A DNA stretch of 64,000 nucleotides, from positions 32,001-96,000 of the forward strand of contig JBCBZJ010000004.1 of assembly GCA_039815375.1 (NCBI GenBank). Direction: 5' to 3'. The translations under genes were made by a program, and so were the position numbers. This document shows, one piece after another, positions 1-11,887 of this stretch (its first letter is position 1; every line of letters starts with the position of its first letter). The notes under the pieces were generated by a model. That model was not told the origin of the DNA, did no database searches, and saw nothing but the letters and a program-made list of their open reading frames with translations. This stretch comes from Verrucomicrobiota bacterium (GTDB lineage: Bacteria; Verrucomicrobiota; Verrucomicrobiia; Opitutales; Coraliomargaritaceae).

Positions 1-1211
1 ACACCACTGTAGTCTTTGGCATCCGCCAGATCTCCAGCCTCAATCAAGCTGCGATATAGATCCAGCATGTACCGGCGCTGCTCTACCGGAATTTTATTCA
101 GTTCGGTCAGGAACTCCCCAAGGAAGAAAACCTCCTGCAGGCGTTCAAGCGCAAGCATCGTGCGCCCTTCGGCATAAGCCGCATTGACCGCTTCGACGCC
201 TTTGTTGACATCATTCACCGCTTCACGGGAGACAAAAGACATACTGTCGACCGTGTAGGCCAAATCGCTACCCGGCAGAAACTCAGCAAGTTGGCTCTTC
301 CCTACTTCGAGCTGCTGGTGCGAGCCTTTGAACAACCATTGATAAAAACCTGAGAGCACAAGCGCGTGCTCAAACCGGCGCTGTAGCATGAAGCTGACGA
401 TCTGGCTCTGAAACTGAAGTTTTGCCTGCAGGCCCGTTGCCGCCGCATTTGATTCAAGCGCGAGAATCTTGGCTTCGGTCTCTGCAAGATCGAGCACACG
501 AAAGGCAGCTTCAGAAGTGAGCGAATCTTCGCCACCGCCTGAGCTGGATGCAGAATCAGAATTTCCACCTCGTGAGGCACTGGACTCCCGGATACGTTGT
601 TGCTGGATCTTGTCCGCAATGAAAGCACGGTTCGCAACGACCTCTTGCTGGTATTTTCGTATGTCCTCCAGCTCGCGCTGCGAAAGAGCGACGCCCCGGC
701 TTTCCTTACGAATACGCCAGGCATTGAAGACCTGGTTTGCGACGATTGTGCTGTTACCACCATCGATATCGAAGGCCGAAGCCCGAAAGAGCAGTTCCCA
801 GGTGTCGAGAATAGCATCATCCGTGTTATTATTTGAAACCGATAGACGTTCGAGGATATCCGCCATCAGAAGGGCGTATTCCTCTTCCTCACGCGTCGGT
901 GAAGCGAGCAGGAAACGTTCGAAGCGGGAGCGGAAGGCACGTTGCTCCGTTAAATTAAAGGTTTTCCCCTTCCAGTTGAAACTGCCGTTCTCGAAATCCA
1001 TCGAATCACTCGTAGGATCGAAGACGCGATTCGCCATTTCAAGAAAGCTGCTGCTCTCAAAAATACCGCCGGTCGGGGCAGCCACGTTGGCCTGCGCAGG
1101 TTGAGCAGAAGGTGCCGAAAAGCCATTCGCTGAAGTCGGACCACCTTGAGCAAGCATCTGCCCGGCAAGGGCGATACACCCGATACTAAAACTTGCGTAA
1201 CTCTTCCACAT
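1..1211 (-). CDS. Secreted hypothetical protein (partial, runs off the left edge; not in the ORF track)
   Basis: Manual translation from ATG 1211: [27 protein letters not shown]...[10 protein letters not shown]..., open to position 1. Signal-peptide-like N-terminus; start overlaps the end of the upstream gene. Confidence 0.75.
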   Translation of the reverse strand, partial: MWKSYASFSIGCIALAGQMLAQGGPTSANGFSAPSAQPAQANVAAPTGGIFESSSFLEMANRVFDPTSDSMDFENGSFNWKGKTFNLTEQRAFRSRFERFLLASPTREEEEYALLMADILERLSVSNNNTDDAILDTWELLFRASAFDIDGGNSTIVANQVFNAWRIRKESRGVALSQRELEDIRKYQQEVVANRAFIADKIQQQRIRESSASRGGNSDSASSSGGGEDSLTSEAAFRVLDLAETEAKILALESNAAATGLQAKLQFQSQIVSFMLQRRFEHALVLSGFYQWLFKGSHQQLEVGKSQLAEFLPGSDLAYTVDSMSFVSREAVNDVNKGVEAVNAAYAEGRTMLALERLQEVFFLGEFLTELNKIPVEQRRYMLDLYRSLIEAGDLADAKDYSG

Positions 1212-1572
1212 AAATAAGGCCTCCCTCTAGTATATTCGCCCGCATCTCGTAGCGCTGGCCCACATGTAAGTTCTTACCTCCTGCATCTGAGACAAAAACA
1301 GGTATGCGCGATGACGATCCTTCAACCACTACAGCTAGAATCCGACCGACGCCTTCTTCCCACTTGATTTGCGAGTCAATTTGCGCTGTTAAAAGATAGG
1401 TATTCCCAAGGAAATCTCCGGGCTTTGCCAGGTAAGTGCTCACGGGAAGTGGCTCGAGGCTGCTAAAACTATTTTTCCCGCAAGCAACAAAAAGAAAACT
1501 ACTCAAAGACAGACAGATAAGACTGAGGTAGCGATGCGGGATACAGGAAGATTCTGGTCGGTATAGGGGCAT
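1186..1572 (-). CDS. Putative lipoprotein, possible OB-fold
   Basis: Hydrophobic stretch ending in lipobox-like FVAC; beta-rich body; in an operon with its neighbours. Confidence 0.6.
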   Translation of the reverse strand: MPLYRPESSCIPHRYLSLICLSLSSFLFVACGKNSFSSLEPLPVSTYLAKPGDFLGNTYLLTAQIDSQIKWEEGVGRILAVVVEGSSSRIPVFVSDAGGKNLHVGQRYEMRANILEGGLIYVEELRKF

Positions 1573-1615
1573 GTCAAATGGATCGCTTAAAACAACTTAA
1601 AGTTACATCAAACGC

Positions 1616-3271
1616 TTAGTTCCAGGACTTTTTCTGGCAACCTAAAAAGACCATTAGAGCACCCACACAAAACTGTAACAGCAAGACAAATACAGCAAGC
1701 GAGGGCGATGGAATCCATTCCGCAGACTCGAGGCGATAGGCATCGTAAACCCGCGTCTCGCGCATTGAACCAAAATAGCCGGCCCAACCCCAGTAGGCAT
1801 TGATAAAAGGACGGCAGGTCCATATCAGCAACTCGGGCAGCGCCAGCACAATGCCTGACAAAGGCAACTGAAAGCCGACCAAATAAACAGACAGGAGAGA
1901 TGCTTTATCCGCAGAGCTAAAAATGGCTGAGAAGCCAAGACAGACGGCCGTCATCGAAACACAACTCAGCATAAGAACGATGGACTGTGCCAGAAGCGCT
2001 CCCGGGAACTGGCAAATATATTTCACGAAAAGCGTCATCCACAGCCCTTGCAGTAGCGCAACGCCGGATGCAAAGATCAGCTTGCTCAACCCGTAGGCGA
2101 TGGGGTTCAGGCCGCTGAAACGCTCCTTCTCGTAGAGCTGTCGCTCCCCGGCGATCTCACGTGCGCCGTTGTTACTCCCCATCAACGTTAGCAGGATGAC
2201 CTGAAAAAGAATCAGACCCGTCACCAGTGACGCAGTCTCCAGAGCGTCGATTCGGAAACGGATACTATCCTGCATCTGCTCAAGAAAGCCCGCGTTTGAA
2301 TCCAGCGACATGCCCTGCAGTTGCGGGATACCGTCAAGAGCAAAGATCACCACCAGCAGAGGAAAGCCAAGTGTGATTCCGAGCGTAAGCAGCCAGTAAC
2401 CTTTGTCTCTTCGAAACAAGACTGTCCTTCGCTTCAACAAGGTCACGATTTGTGCAAGCAGCCCGGGCATTCGGGGGATCTCGTGCCCGACCTGCCCAGC
2501 TTGCTCAACTCCCGGCTTTTGCGCATCTGACCAGCGCGAACGCCAATACTCGATACTTTCTTCACCCAATCTATCGTAGAGTTGCAATGCATCGGGAATC
2601 CCGAAGTAGGCATTAAGCTCATCCAAAGTTCCCTGAAATACTACCCCACCTTCGTAGATCACAGATATTCGGTCAAAGAAATCGAGCTTCGCCAAATTGT
2701 GGATGATACAAATAAAGGTCTTTCCCTGCTCATCGCGAAGACGCTCCAGAACGCGCAGGATATCGTCCTCCGAGCGTGGATCCAAACCACTCGTGACTTC
2801 ATCACAAACCATGCAGGGCGGATCACTCACAAGTTCCAACCCCAGGCCCAATCGCCGCAGCTGCCCACCACTCAAGTCGTTTACGCGTTTTTCGCGGTGC
2901 GCCTCTAAGCCGACGCAGCCCAGGATTTCCTCCAGCCGCGCCACACGCACCGGCACATCCGTCACAGTCAGCTCCAGAGCATAACGGATTGCCTCGTCTA
3001 CAGTGAGGCCTCCATGTGCAATACTGAACTGCGGCGCGAATGAGAGTTGTCCGAGCAAATCGGCACTTGATCTGATGCGCTCGCCGTCGAAGAGGACCTC
3101 CCCCTCGCTTTTAAGAATGCCCAACATTGCCTTTACCAATGTGGTTTTGCCACAGCCGGAAGGACCGATGATTGCATTCAGGCCGCGACTCTTAAATTGG
3201 GCAGTCGCACGGTCCAGAATTCTCGGGCCTTTGGGCCCCGCGTCGACGGAAAGTTCATTGCAGGATAACAT
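1616..3271 (-). CDS. ABCG-type ABC transporter (ATPase + ABC2 membrane domain)
   Basis: Walker [14 protein letters not shown] signature, DEVTSGLD, C-terminal multi-TM domain. Confidence 0.9.
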   Translation of the reverse strand: MLSCNELSVDAGPKGPRILDRATAQFKSRGLNAIIGPSGCGKTTLVKAMLGILKSEGEVLFDGERIRSSADLLGQLSFAPQFSIAHGGLTVDEAIRYALELTVTDVPVRVARLEEILGCVGLEAHREKRVNDLSGGQLRRLGLGLELVSDPPCMVCDEVTSGLDPRSEDDILRVLERLRDEQGKTFICIIHNLAKLDFFDRISVIYEGGVVFQGTLDELNAYFGIPDALQLYDRLGEESIEYWRSRWSDAQKPGVEQAGQVGHEIPRMPGLLAQIVTLLKRRTVLFRRDKGYWLLTLGITLGFPLLVVIFALDGIPQLQGMSLDSNAGFLEQMQDSIRFRIDALETASLVTGLILFQVILLTLMGSNNGAREIAGERQLYEKERFSGLNPIAYGLSKLIFASGVALLQGLWMTLFVKYICQFPGALLAQSIVLMLSCVSMTAVCLGFSAIFSSADKASLLSVYLVGFQLPLSGIVLALPELLIWTCRPFINAYWGWAGYFGSMRETRVYDAYRLESAEWIPSPSLAVFVLLLQFCVGALMVFLGCQKKSWN

Positions 3272-3315
3272 TAAAAAAATAAATTAACTTTGCGCCAAAT
3301 ATAAAGGCCAGCATT

Positions 3316-3960
3316 TTGGTCACAATGCAATCAATCAACTCCTATCTTCTACTTTCCCTCTTCCTATGTTCTGCGATGGCCCTGCAAGCCGTCGATGTAA
3401 ATACGAATGCGATCGAGAACAAACGAGTTTTCGGCATCGAGTTTTCAGGTCAGAATCGAGCCTACTACGCGCGTGAGGCAGGCATTCAATCGATTTCCAA
3501 ACAAGAATACATCACCTCCAACTTTCGGGTCCTCGAATTGAACGTAGTGACTGTCGGGCCGGCCTTGCTGCGGATCTATTACAGTCGCCCTCTCGAACCG
3601 GATGAGCTCAGTGCTTCGCTTGGCAATGCCATGCAAGCCTCCGGCATACCCGGAGCTTCGGCCATCAAGGCACCGACGCCCTCGCAATTGGAGAAGGTGA
3701 ACAGTAAGGCTTATGACGCGATTGATCAACTAACCGGCTCCACCGTCTTTAAAGAATACCCATATGCCACACACTCACATACCGTTGAGTTCAGAGTGAG
3801 CCGCCGCAGTGAGCTGATCGAGCTTCATGACGAGCTGAAGAAGCACTGGCTTAAAGAGCCTGCATTTTTCGAAGACGGCCAAATCGTAAGTGAAAGTTCA
3901 GACACCAGCAGTGAAATGAAGCCAAGAACCCTCGGCGGCACCTTGTTCAAGGTAAAATAG
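3316..3960 (+). CDS. Secreted hypothetical protein
   Basis: 214-aa ORF with signal peptide; true start may be ATG 3325. Confidence 0.65.
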   Translation: MVTMQSINSYLLLSLFLCSAMALQAVDVNTNAIENKRVFGIEFSGQNRAYYAREAGIQSISKQEYITSNFRVLELNVVTVGPALLRIYYSRPLEPDELSASLGNAMQASGIPGASAIKAPTPSQLEKVNSKAYDAIDQLTGSTVFKEYPYATHSHTVEFRVSRRSELIELHDELKKHWLKEPAFFEDGQIVSESSDTSSEMKPRTLGGTLFKVK

Positions 3961-4019
3961 ACAAATTTTGCCTCGGAGATTGGACCTGTGGCTCTTGATC
4001 TGCATGGTTCGGGGTTTCC

Positions 4020-7000
4020 ATGCCAACGTCTAGAGAAACCATTCGCCTGCGCGGCGTCCGCCAAAACAATCTCAAAGGCTTCGACCTCGACCTGCCGATC
4101 GGCCAGCTCACCGTCGTTACCGGCCTAAGTGGCGCAGGAAAATCGTCACTCGTATTCGAAACGCTCCACGCAGAGGGGCAGCGCCGCTACGTCGAGACCT
4201 TCTCGCCCTACACCCGGCAGTTTATGGACCTGCTTGACCGCCCCAAGGTCGACAGTGTGGAAAACATCCGTCCTTCCATCGCCATTCACCAGTCCAACAC
4301 GGTCAAGACCTCCCGCTCCACCGTCGGCACCATCACAGAACTGGCCGATTACTTTAAAGTCTGGTTCGCTAACGTCGCCACGCTCTACGATCCCGCCACC
4401 GGGGAACCCATCACCGACGATAACCCGCAAAGCGCATGGAAACAACTCCTCGCCAACCATCCCGATCAGACCGCCCTCATCTGCTTCGAGATAGCAAAGC
4501 CGGAAAAATTCACGTGGGACGAAATTCTAAAGCCTCTTAGCGCTCAGGGCTATTCTCGCGTCATTGTAGACGGAAAGATTCAGCGCATTGATCAGCTTCT
4601 AAGTTCTAACTCCAAACTTCTAACTTCCGTTCTTGTCGTTCAGGATCGCATCGGAATCAACGATAAGACGCGCGCCCGCTCTATTGAGGCCCTCCAGACC
4701 GCCTTTCAATTCGGCCAAGGTCGTATTCAAATACTCGATACAGATTGCCAGCCATTGACTGAGTTCGTCCACGGGCTCAAATCCCCCAAGACGGGTCAGA
4801 ACTTCCACCCCGCCATCCCCGCACTCTTTTCCTTCAACTCCCCTATCGGCGCCTGTGAAAGCTGCCGCGGCTTCGGGCGGGTTATCGAGATCGACTACAA
4901 ACTCGTTATCCCCGACCACAATATGTCGATTGACGAAGGTGCCATCCGCGCCTTTCAGGGTGAGGTTTACAGCGAAAGCCTCCGCGACCTGCAACGCGCC
5001 GCCAAAAAGCACAAGATCCGCACCCACATCCCCTTCGCCCAGCTCAACAAGAAAGAGCTCAGATTCGTCATGGAGGGCGAGCCGGGCTTCAAACCGGACC
5101 AAAATAAATGGTATGGCGTGCACCGCTTCTTCGATTGGCTGAATAGCAACCTCTACAAGATGCACGTCCGCGTCTTCCTCTCCAAATTCCGCAGCTACGT
5201 TGTCTGCCCCGAGTGTAACGGCGCCCGCCTCAAACCCGAATCCCTCAACTGGAAATGGCAGGGCCACACCCTCCCCGAACTCTACCAGCTAAGCGTTTCT
5301 GAGCTACTATCTTTATTAAATCAGAATCTGCGCTCATCTGCGTCCATCTGCGAATTACAAACAACCGATCTAAAAGACGACACTGCACTATCCGGCATCC
5401 TCTCCCGCCTCAGTTTTCTCGATGCTGTCGGCCTCAATTACCTTACCCTGGATCGCAGCTCACGCAGCCTCTCCGGTGGTGAGACGATGCGGGTCAATCT
5501 CACCTCCTGTCTCGGCTCCGCACTAACCGACACTCTCTTCGTGCTTGATGAGCCTTCTGTTGGCCTTCACTCCCGCGATATGGATCGACTCATTGGCATC
5601 CTGCGTCGACTCACCGCCTTGGGCAATACCGTTGTCGTGGTTGAGCACGACGAAGCCGTCATGCGCGCCGCTGACAATCTCATCGAGATCGGGCCCAAGC
5701 CGGGCGTTAACGGAGGTCGGCTCTCCTTCCACGGTAATTATAAACGTATCCTCAAATCGGATACACACACCGGTCGCTACCTTTCCGGACGAGAGACCAT
5801 CGACGCCCCCACGAAGCGACGCAGCACAAAGAAGGCACCCATGCTTTCCGTCTACGGTGCGAGCAAACACAACCTGTCGAACCTGGACCTATCGATCCCG
5901 CAACAGCGCTTTGTCTGCCTCAGCGGTGTCTCTGGTTCCGGGAAGTCCACCCTGATCAACAACGTCATCTACCAGAACCTACTCGCTCAAAAAGGCCTCT
6001 CCGTCGAAGACCCCGCCGCGATTCAGGATATCGACTCCAGCCTCCCGCTCTCAGAAGTCGTCTTCATCGATCAGAGCCCCGTCAGTAAAACCCCGCGTTC
6101 CAACCCAGCCAGCTACACCGACGCCTGGACTGAGATCCGTAAAGTCTTTGCCCAGCTCAATGCCGCCCAATCCGCCGGCATGGGCCCCGGACATTTCTCC
6201 TTCAATAGCGGCGATGGACGCTGCCCCACCTGCGCCGGTCTCGGCTTCGAACGCATCGAGATGCAGTTCGTCTCCGATGTCTTCGTGCCCTGCGAAACCT
6301 GCGAAGGTAAGCGCTTTAAAGACGAAGTCCTCGAGATTGAATATAACGGCCGCAGCATTGCCGAAATCCTCGATCTCGATATCGACGAAGCCGTCCTCTT
6401 CTTTGCCGATCACCCCAAAATTACCAACTGCCTCCAGCCCTTGATCGAAGTCGGCCTCGGCTACCTCAAGCTCGGTCAACCCCTCAACACCCTCTCCGGC
6501 GGTGAATCCCAACGCCTTAAACTAGTCAGCTACCTTGGTAAAGTCACAGGTAAACGTGCCTCGCCTCAGACATCCGCCATGATCCTGATCGACGAGCCCA
6601 CCACCGGCCTCCACCGCGCCGATGTCAAACGGCTCATCGCCGTGCTCCAACGTCTTGTCGAGGTCGGCCACTCACTCATCGTCATCGAGCACAATCTCGA
6701 TATCCTCAAAGTCGCCGACTGGATCATCGAACTCGGCCCCGAGGCCGGAGCCGGCGGCGGCCAAATCGTCGCCCAAGGCACCCCCGAGCAAATCGCCAGG
6801 TCAGAGAGCATCACTGCCCCTTACCTTGCAGAAACATTGGGAGTTCGGCTATCCCCAGCTGACGTCGCTGAACAACAAGACCCCTTTCACTCTTCATCCT
6901 TCACCCCTCAAACTTCTGGCACTCTTTCCATTCGCGGCGCCAGAGAGCACAATCTGAAAGACGTCTCCTGCGACATCCGGCACAATGCCATGACCGTCGT

Positions 7001-9608
7001 CACCGGCGTTTCCGGCTCCGGTAAATCCTCCCTCGCTTTCGACATCGTCTTTGCCGAGGGCCAACGCCGCTTCATGGAGAGCATGTCCGCCTACGCCCGC
7101 CAGTTCGTTGAGCAGATGCCCCGCGCCGATGTCGACGACCTCTCAGGCATCGCCCCCACCGTCGCCATCGAACAACGCGTCACCAAAGGCACCCGAAAGT
7201 CCACTGTCGCCACCATTACCGAAGTCGCTCAATACCTCCGCCTCCTCTACGCTCGTGTCGGCATCCAGCACTCCCCCACCACCGGCGAAGCCGTCGTCAG
7301 CCAATCCGAATCCGCCCTCCAAAAGCGCCTCAAAACCATCCTCGCCGAGCACAACTCAAAATCGAAGTCCAAATCGCCCCCCCTCTACCTCTGCGCCCCC
7401 CTCATCCGTGGACGTAAAGGCCACCACGAACCCCTCGCCAACTGGGCCCGCGACCACGGCTACGAAATACTCCGCATCGATGGAACCCTCGTCCACCTCG
7501 ACCACTTCCAGAAACTCGACCGCTACGTCGAGCACGACATTGATTTAATCATAAGCGAAATAGGTAGGGACGTCCGCACTCAGACGTCCGCACTCAAAGA
7601 AGCCCTCAAACTCGGCAAAGGCTCCGCCTTCGTCATGACACCCAAAGGCGAAGTCCTCTCCTGGCTCTCCACCAAACGCACCGACCCCACCACCGGCGAA
7701 GCCTTCCCCGAACTCGACCCCAAACACTTTTCCTGGAACAGCCCCCGAGGCTGGTGCCCCACCTGCCGCGGCTACGGTCAACTCTTCGACTGGATGGCCA
7801 AGGAAGACGACGACGAGAATCCCCTCAAAGACCGCCTCGATGGAATCGAAGACGGCCAGATCTGCCCCGACTGCCAGGGCACCCGCCTCAACCCACTCAG
7901 CCGCGCCGTCCGCCTCCCTCTCAAAAAAGGCAGCAAAAACGCACCACTTTCCACGCAGGACTCCGTTTCCCTTCCCGAGCTCCTGTCCCTCACTCCCAGC
8001 AATCTCCTTGAAGTTCTAAAAAGAACCAAGGTCGATCAGCGCAGTAAGGCCGTGCTGGACGAACTCCTCCCCGAGATCGAAGAGCGCATGCGTTTCATGG
8101 ACCGCGTCGGGCTCGACTACCTCCAGCTCGACCGCGCCACCGCCACCCTCTCCGGCGGCGAGGCCCAGCGCATCCGCCTCGCCGCCCAGCTCGGCTCCAA
8201 TCTCTCCGGTGTGCTCTACGTCCTCGACGAGCCCTCCATCGGCCTCCACGCCCGCGACAACGCCAAGCTCCTCCAATCCCTCGAGCAGCTCCGCAACCGC
8301 GGCAACACCCTCGTCATCGTCGAGCACAACGAAGCCACCATGCGCAAGGCCGATCAAATCATCGACCTCGGCCCCGCTGCCGGCATTCACGGCGGCGAGA
8401 TCGTCGCCAGCGGCAAAGTCAGCCAGATCAAAAAAGCCAAAGACTCCCTCACCGGGAAATACCTCCGCAAATCCATGCCGCACCCAATCCGCGGCAGCCA
8501 CCGCGAGCTCCCCGCACCCTGGAGCCCACGCAAGAAAAAGAGCAACGAAAACTGGATCTCCCTCCAAGGCGCCGCCTTGAGAAACCTCAAAGGCTTCGAT
8601 CTCCAGATCCCCAAGCAACGCCTCACCGCCGTTTGCGGCGTCTCCGGCGCCGGCAAAAGCACCCTCATCCGCGACCTCCTCAAACCACTCGTCGAAGAAG
8701 CTATCATCAACAAATCAGAAAAACTTACCCCCAAGAACCTATCAGCAAATCACCCCCTAAATAAAAACCCGAGCCCAAGCTTCAAAGCACTCCATCACGC
8801 CGAAGGCATTCGCAAAGTGATTGAAGTCGACCAGTCCCCCATCGGTAAAACCCCACGCTCCACCCCCGCCACTTACATCGGCGCCTTCGACATCATCCGC
8901 GACATCTACGCCAAGCTCCCCGAAGCCAACATGCGCGGCTACACCAAGAGCACCTTCTCCTTTAACACCAAGGGCGGCCGCTGCGAGACCTGCAAAGGCG
9001 CCGGGCGCATCAAGCTCGAGATGAACTTCATGCCCGACACCCACGTCACCTGTGAAGACTGCAACGGACGCCGCTACGGCGCCGAGCTCGACGAGCTCCG
9101 CTGGAACGGAAAAAGCATCGCCGACGTCCTCCAAATGAGCTTCGAAGAAGCCGCCGAGTTCTTTAGCTTCCACACCCAGCTCAGCAGCCTCATGCAACTC
9201 ATGGTCGAGACCGGGCTCGGCTACATCACCCTCGGCCAATACTCACCCACCCTCAGCGGCGGTGAAGCCCAGCGTATGAAACTCGTCAGCGAGCTCGCCA
9301 AAGGCCAACCCACCTTCAAAGAACGCCAATACAACCAAGGCAAAGGCAACCTCTACATCCTCGAAGAACCCACCATCGGTCTCCACCTCGCCGACGTCGA
9401 ACGCCTCATCGAACTCCTCCACCGCCTCGTCGACAAAGGCCACACCGTCCTCGTCATCGAACACCACCTCGAAGTCATCCAGGATGCGGACTATCTCGTA
9501 GAGATAGGTCCGAATGGCGGCGATGCCGGCGGAGAGCTGCTTTACCAAGGAAGCGTTCAAGAACTACAGAAAGCCAAAAGCAGCGTGACTGCTGAGTTCT
9601 TAAAATAG
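4020..9608 (+). CDS. uvrA: Excinuclease ABC subunit A, double-length (tandem UvrA fusion)
   Basis: Four Walker A motifs ([16 protein letters not shown] x2, GVSGAGKS), four LSGGE signatures, CxxC zinc motifs, AEGQRR twice. Fused UvrA is known in PVC bacteria. Confidence 0.95.
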   Translation: MPTSRETIRLRGVRQNNLKGFDLDLPIGQLTVVTGLSGAGKSSLVFETLHAEGQRRYVETFSPYTRQFMDLLDRPKVDSVENIRPSIAIHQSNTVKTSRSTVGTITELADYFKVWFANVATLYDPATGEPITDDNPQSAWKQLLANHPDQTALICFEIAKPEKFTWDEILKPLSAQGYSRVIVDGKIQRIDQLLSSNSKLLTSVLVVQDRIGINDKTRARSIEALQTAFQFGQGRIQILDTDCQPLTEFVHGLKSPKTGQNFHPAIPALFSFNSPIGACESCRGFGRVIEIDYKLVIPDHNMSIDEGAIRAFQGEVYSESLRDLQRAAKKHKIRTHIPFAQLNKKELRFVMEGEPGFKPDQNKWYGVHRFFDWLNSNLYKMHVRVFLSKFRSYVVCPECNGARLKPESLNWKWQGHTLPELYQLSVSELLSLLNQNLRSSASICELQTTDLKDDTALSGILSRLSFLDAVGLNYLTLDRSSRSLSGGETMRVNLTSCLGSALTDTLFVLDEPSVGLHSRDMDRLIGILRRLTALGNTVVVVEHDEAVMRAADNLIEIGPKPGVNGGRLSFHGNYKRILKSDTHTGRYLSGRETIDAPTKRRSTKKAPMLSVYGASKHNLSNLDLSIPQQRFVCLSGVSGSGKSTLINNVIYQNLLAQKGLSVEDPAAIQDIDSSLPLSEVVFIDQSPVSKTPRSNPASYTDAWTEIRKVFAQLNAAQSAGMGPGHFSFNSGDGRCPTCAGLGFERIEMQFVSDVFVPCETCEGKRFKDEVLEIEYNGRSIAEILDLDIDEAVLFFADHPKITNCLQPLIEVGLGYLKLGQPLNTLSGGESQRLKLVSYLGKVTGKRASPQTSAMILIDEPTTGLHRADVKRLIAVLQRLVEVGHSLIVIEHNLDILKVADWIIELGPEAGAGGGQIVAQGTPEQIARSESITAPYLAETLGVRLSPADVAEQQDPFHSSSFTPQTSGTLSIRGAREHNLKDVSCDIRHNAMTVVTGVSGSGKSSLAFDIVFAEGQRRFMESMSAYARQFVEQMPRADVDDLSGIAPTVAIEQRVTKGTRKSTVATITEVAQYLRLLYARVGIQHSPTTGEAVVSQSESALQKRLKTILAEHNSKSKSKSPPLYLCAPLIRGRKGHHEPLANWARDHGYEILRIDGTLVHLDHFQKLDRYVEHDIDLIISEIGRDVRTQTSALKEALKLGKGSAFVMTPKGEVLSWLSTKRTDPTTGEAFPELDPKHFSWNSPRGWCPTCRGYGQLFDWMAKEDDDENPLKDRLDGIEDGQICPDCQGTRLNPLSRAVRLPLKKGSKNAPLSTQDSVSLPELLSLTPSNLLEVLKRTKVDQRSKAVLDELLPEIEERMRFMDRVGLDYLQLDRATATLSGGEAQRIRLAAQLGSNLSGVLYVLDEPSIGLHARDNAKLLQSLEQLRNRGNTLVIVEHNEATMRKADQIIDLGPAAGIHGGEIVASGKVSQIKKAKDSLTGKYLRKSMPHPIRGSHRELPAPWSPRKKKSNENWISLQGAALRNLKGFDLQIPKQRLTAVCGVSGAGKSTLIRDLLKPLVEEAIINKSEKLTPKNLSANHPLNKNPSPSFKALHHAEGIRKVIEVDQSPIGKTPRSTPATYIGAFDIIRDIYAKLPEANMRGYTKSTFSFNTKGGRCETCKGAGRIKLEMNFMPDTHVTCEDCNGRRYGAELDELRWNGKSIADVLQMSFEEAAEFFSFHTQLSSLMQLMVETGLGYITLGQYSPTLSGGEAQRMKLVSELAKGQPTFKERQYNQGKGNLYILEEPTIGLHLADVERLIELLHRLVDKGHTVLVIEHHLEVIQDADYLVEIGPNGGDAGGELLYQGSVQELQKAKSSVTAEFLK

Positions 9609-9611
9609 GTT

Positions 9612-9860
9612 TCTCACGCAAAGGCGTAGAGACCGCAAAGTAAGACCATACGATATTGGAAAGGTAGCGCAGCACCGTCCCGGTGCGCACCTCACATCCC
9701 GAAATCATGGACAGTAAGCTAGCCGCACGGCGCCGAAGCCAAACAAGCCGACACCGACGAGTTCCTCTAACTCCAGTTAGAACGACTCCGGCCCAAAATT
9801 AAACAGGAGATAACGGAGGAAACAGAGAGAACTCATAAAACTCTGCGTCTTTGCGTGAGA
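9612..9860. repeat. Imperfect 20-bp inverted repeat pair (MITE-like)
   Basis: tctcacgcaaaggcgtagag (9612-9631) versus ctctgcgtctttgcgtgaga (9841-9860). Confidence 0.65.
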
Positions 9861-10098
9861 CATTGACCCCTCACTCTTCAAACTTCACCCACCCTGCCCT
9901 CTGGGTAGTCTGACGAACAAATTGGTCAAAACGGCGGCGACGGCGGAGGAGAACTTCTCTATCAGGGAAATGTCGAAGGGCTTAAAAAAATAAAAAACAG
10001 CACAACCGCTGAATTCCTGAAATAGGTTTTTCGCGCAGAGACGCAAAGTAAGACCATACGATATTGGAAAGGTAGCGCAGCACCGTCCCGGTGCGCAC
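9634..10098 (+). repeat. 57-bp exact direct repeat (9634-9690, 10042-10098) containing a GTAG REP
   Basis: cgcaaagtaagaccatacgatattggaaaggtagcgcagcaccgtcccggtgcgcac occurs twice, each copy just after a uvrA-type stop. Confidence 0.9.
9918..10025 (+). pseudogene. Diverged duplicate of the uvrA 3' end
   Basis: Translates [35 protein letters not shown] versus the uvrA end [35 protein letters not shown]; no start codon. Confidence 0.9.
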
Positions 10099-10178
10099 AG
10101 ACGTATTGAAGCATAGTCCTAAAGACTTAGGAAGCCGCACCGAGTTAAGCTAAACAAAGGCTAGAAATTCAGACTTGA

Positions 10179-10212
10179 AATTAATAAAACGTCGTGCGAC
10201 GATTTATTAATT
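10179..10212. promoter_or_regulatory. Palindromic operator over the putative promoter of the NTase pair
   Basis: aattaataaaacgtcg-tg-cgacgatttattaatt, 16-bp arms with 1 mismatch; TTGAAA at 10175. Confidence 0.6.
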
Positions 10213-10236
10213 AAGCCAATCACAAAACAACAAATC

Positions 10237-10752
10237 ATGCGCGCACTGCAGCGCTTGGGTGAACTCGCCCAAGACCAGCAGATCGAGATCGAACTCTCCA
10301 TTTACGGCGGATGCGCGATGATGCTCGCATTCGACCGGCGCGCCATGACCCGTGATGTCGATGCGATCTTTCATCCTGCAGAGACCGTCCGCCCATTGAT
10401 TGAACAAGTCGCCAGCGAAATGCAGCTACCGGAAGAATGGCTCAATGACGATGTCCGCCAATTCCTCGCACCCGCCGGGGCGATGCGCACACTCCCGCTA
10501 GACCTACCCGGCCTGAAAGTCACCACACCTACCGCGAGCTATCTCCTCGCCATGAAAGCCTTGGCCGGCCGCCGGGCACTCCCCGGATATGAGGGGGACG
10601 AAGCCGACCTCCGCTACCTGATCCGAAAAATGAAGATCCAATCGGTCGATGAAGTTCAGGAACATATTGATCGCTACTACCCCGACGACCTCCCCACCGA
10701 ATCCGCACGTGCGATGATCGCTCAGATTATCCGCGAAGAAAACGTATCATGA
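10237..10752 (+). CDS. DUF6036/AbiEii-like nucleotidyltransferase
   Basis: IYGGCAM, TRDVD, WLND, LLAMK and DxxD-like motifs. Confidence 0.75.
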   Translation: MRALQRLGELAQDQQIEIELSIYGGCAMMLAFDRRAMTRDVDAIFHPAETVRPLIEQVASEMQLPEEWLNDDVRQFLAPAGAMRTLPLDLPGLKVTTPTASYLLAMKALAGRRALPGYEGDEADLRYLIRKMKIQSVDEVQEHIDRYYPDDLPTESARAMIAQIIREENVS

Positions 10753-11267
10753 AGAACAGCCCAATACTTCCCACCACACTGGCTGACGTCGCCGAGCAAA
10801 GTGAAAGCTTGGGCGACTTTGGACTACTCCTGCGTGAGTGGAATCACAGTGTGACACGAGGCGACATTTCCAATCGACCCGCACTCGCGCGCAGTATCGC
10901 GGAGACACCGACTCGCTTGGCTCAGCGTTTCCCAGAAGGCGAAATTGCCGACGCCTACCTAGCTGCCTATGCCGAATGGATCGCCGACAAAGCAGACATT
11001 GAACGCCCCAAGTGGACCCAGGACAACGACCAAAGCCTCGACACCCCCTGGTTCGCGGACAATGCAAGAGCCTCACTCCTGATTTTAACGCCCGCCTCCT
11101 TTCGTCAGCGCAACGTCTTTACGATCCCTGAAGACGTCATCCGGCTCCGCCGCGGACGCCCCAAAGTCAGCACCGCTCAGAAAAAAGCCAAAGCCCGCGA
11201 GCGCGACCGCCGCTACCGCGAACGCATCCGAAAACTAGTCGCTATCGGCCGCCAGCAAACCGCATAG
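10749..11267 (+). CDS. Partner of the NTase (putative antitoxin) with basic RRGRP tail
   Basis: ATGA overlap with the upstream gene; AYLAAYAE...P.W...PWF...TP.SF.QRNVF pattern. Confidence 0.65.
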   Translation: MKNSPILPTTLADVAEQSESLGDFGLLLREWNHSVTRGDISNRPALARSIAETPTRLAQRFPEGEIADAYLAAYAEWIADKADIERPKWTQDNDQSLDTPWFADNARASLLILTPASFRQRNVFTIPEDVIRLRRGRPKVSTAQKKAKARERDRRYRERIRKLVAIGRQQTA

Positions 11268-11300
11268 TAGGCAAACAAGCTCTACATTCTCGAAGACCCA

Positions 11301-11555
11301 CTATCGGCCCTGCTGACCTTCACAACCCTCACAACTCAAACTTCTTTGATACTGTTCAAAGATTCCCTCCAGTTTCCGAACCTCCTCACAGATCACCTCG
11401 CTGACCACGCCGACCGCCCCGAGACTCACCGCCGAATCCGCCTCCGGCGCACGCGCCGCCGCCGCAACCACCTGCGCCAAAGCATCAATCCGCTCCAGCA
11501 ACCCATCCGCCTCTTCCCGCACCACCTCGTATTGTTTGAGGAATTTTCTATTCAT
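11301..11555 (-). CDS. Small hypothetical helical protein
   Basis: 84-aa ATG ORF, divergent from the RHH gene. Confidence 0.5.
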   Translation of the reverse strand: MNRKFLKQYEVVREEADGLLERIDALAQVVAAAARAPEADSAVSLGAVGVVSEVICEEVRKLEGIFEQYQRSLSCEGCEGQQGR

Positions 11556-11575
11556 AGTTCACCGTTACATTAATC

Positions 11576-11634
11576 ATGTTAACAAAGTTAATCTTATGAG
11601 GATTGAGCGCAAGCTCAAATGTTAACAAGGTTAA
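11576..11634. promoter_or_regulatory. Two repeated operator boxes ATGTTAACAA(A/G)GTTAA
   Basis: Copies at 11576-11591 and 11619-11634, between the divergent genes. Confidence 0.6.
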
Positions 11635-11638
11635 CTTT

Positions 11639-11794
11639 ATGGGTAAGAAAAACGTTACTATTGGCGTGAGAGTTGATTCCGAACTTGAGGAAATTCTGAA
11701 ATCTATTGCGAAGAAAGAAGATCGAACGCTTTCGTATGTTGCACGCGAATTGATCGTCGAAGGCCTAAAAGCCAAAGGCACTATAAAGAAATAA
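11639..11794 (+). CDS. Ribbon-helix-helix (CopG-like) regulator
   Basis: MGKKNVTIGVRVDSELEEILKSIAKKEDRTLSYVARELIVEGL fits the RHH pattern. Confidence 0.75.
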   Translation: MGKKNVTIGVRVDSELEEILKSIAKKEDRTLSYVARELIVEGLKAKGTIKK

Positions 11795-11887
11795 ACTAGA
11801 AGAATACCGCCTCCCCCTCAAACGCGTCTAGGTTGTCTTTTCCTGAGAGATGTTAAGCTTGAATTAAATATAACATGCACTTCACTT

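Noticed and set aside
4020..9608. Double-length UvrA as a novelty
   Set aside because: Already known in PVC bacteria
4129..9708. Many overlapping ORFs within uvrA (and similar shadow ORFs window-wide)
   Set aside because: Antisense or frame-shifted shadows of a biased-codon gene, with low-complexity translations
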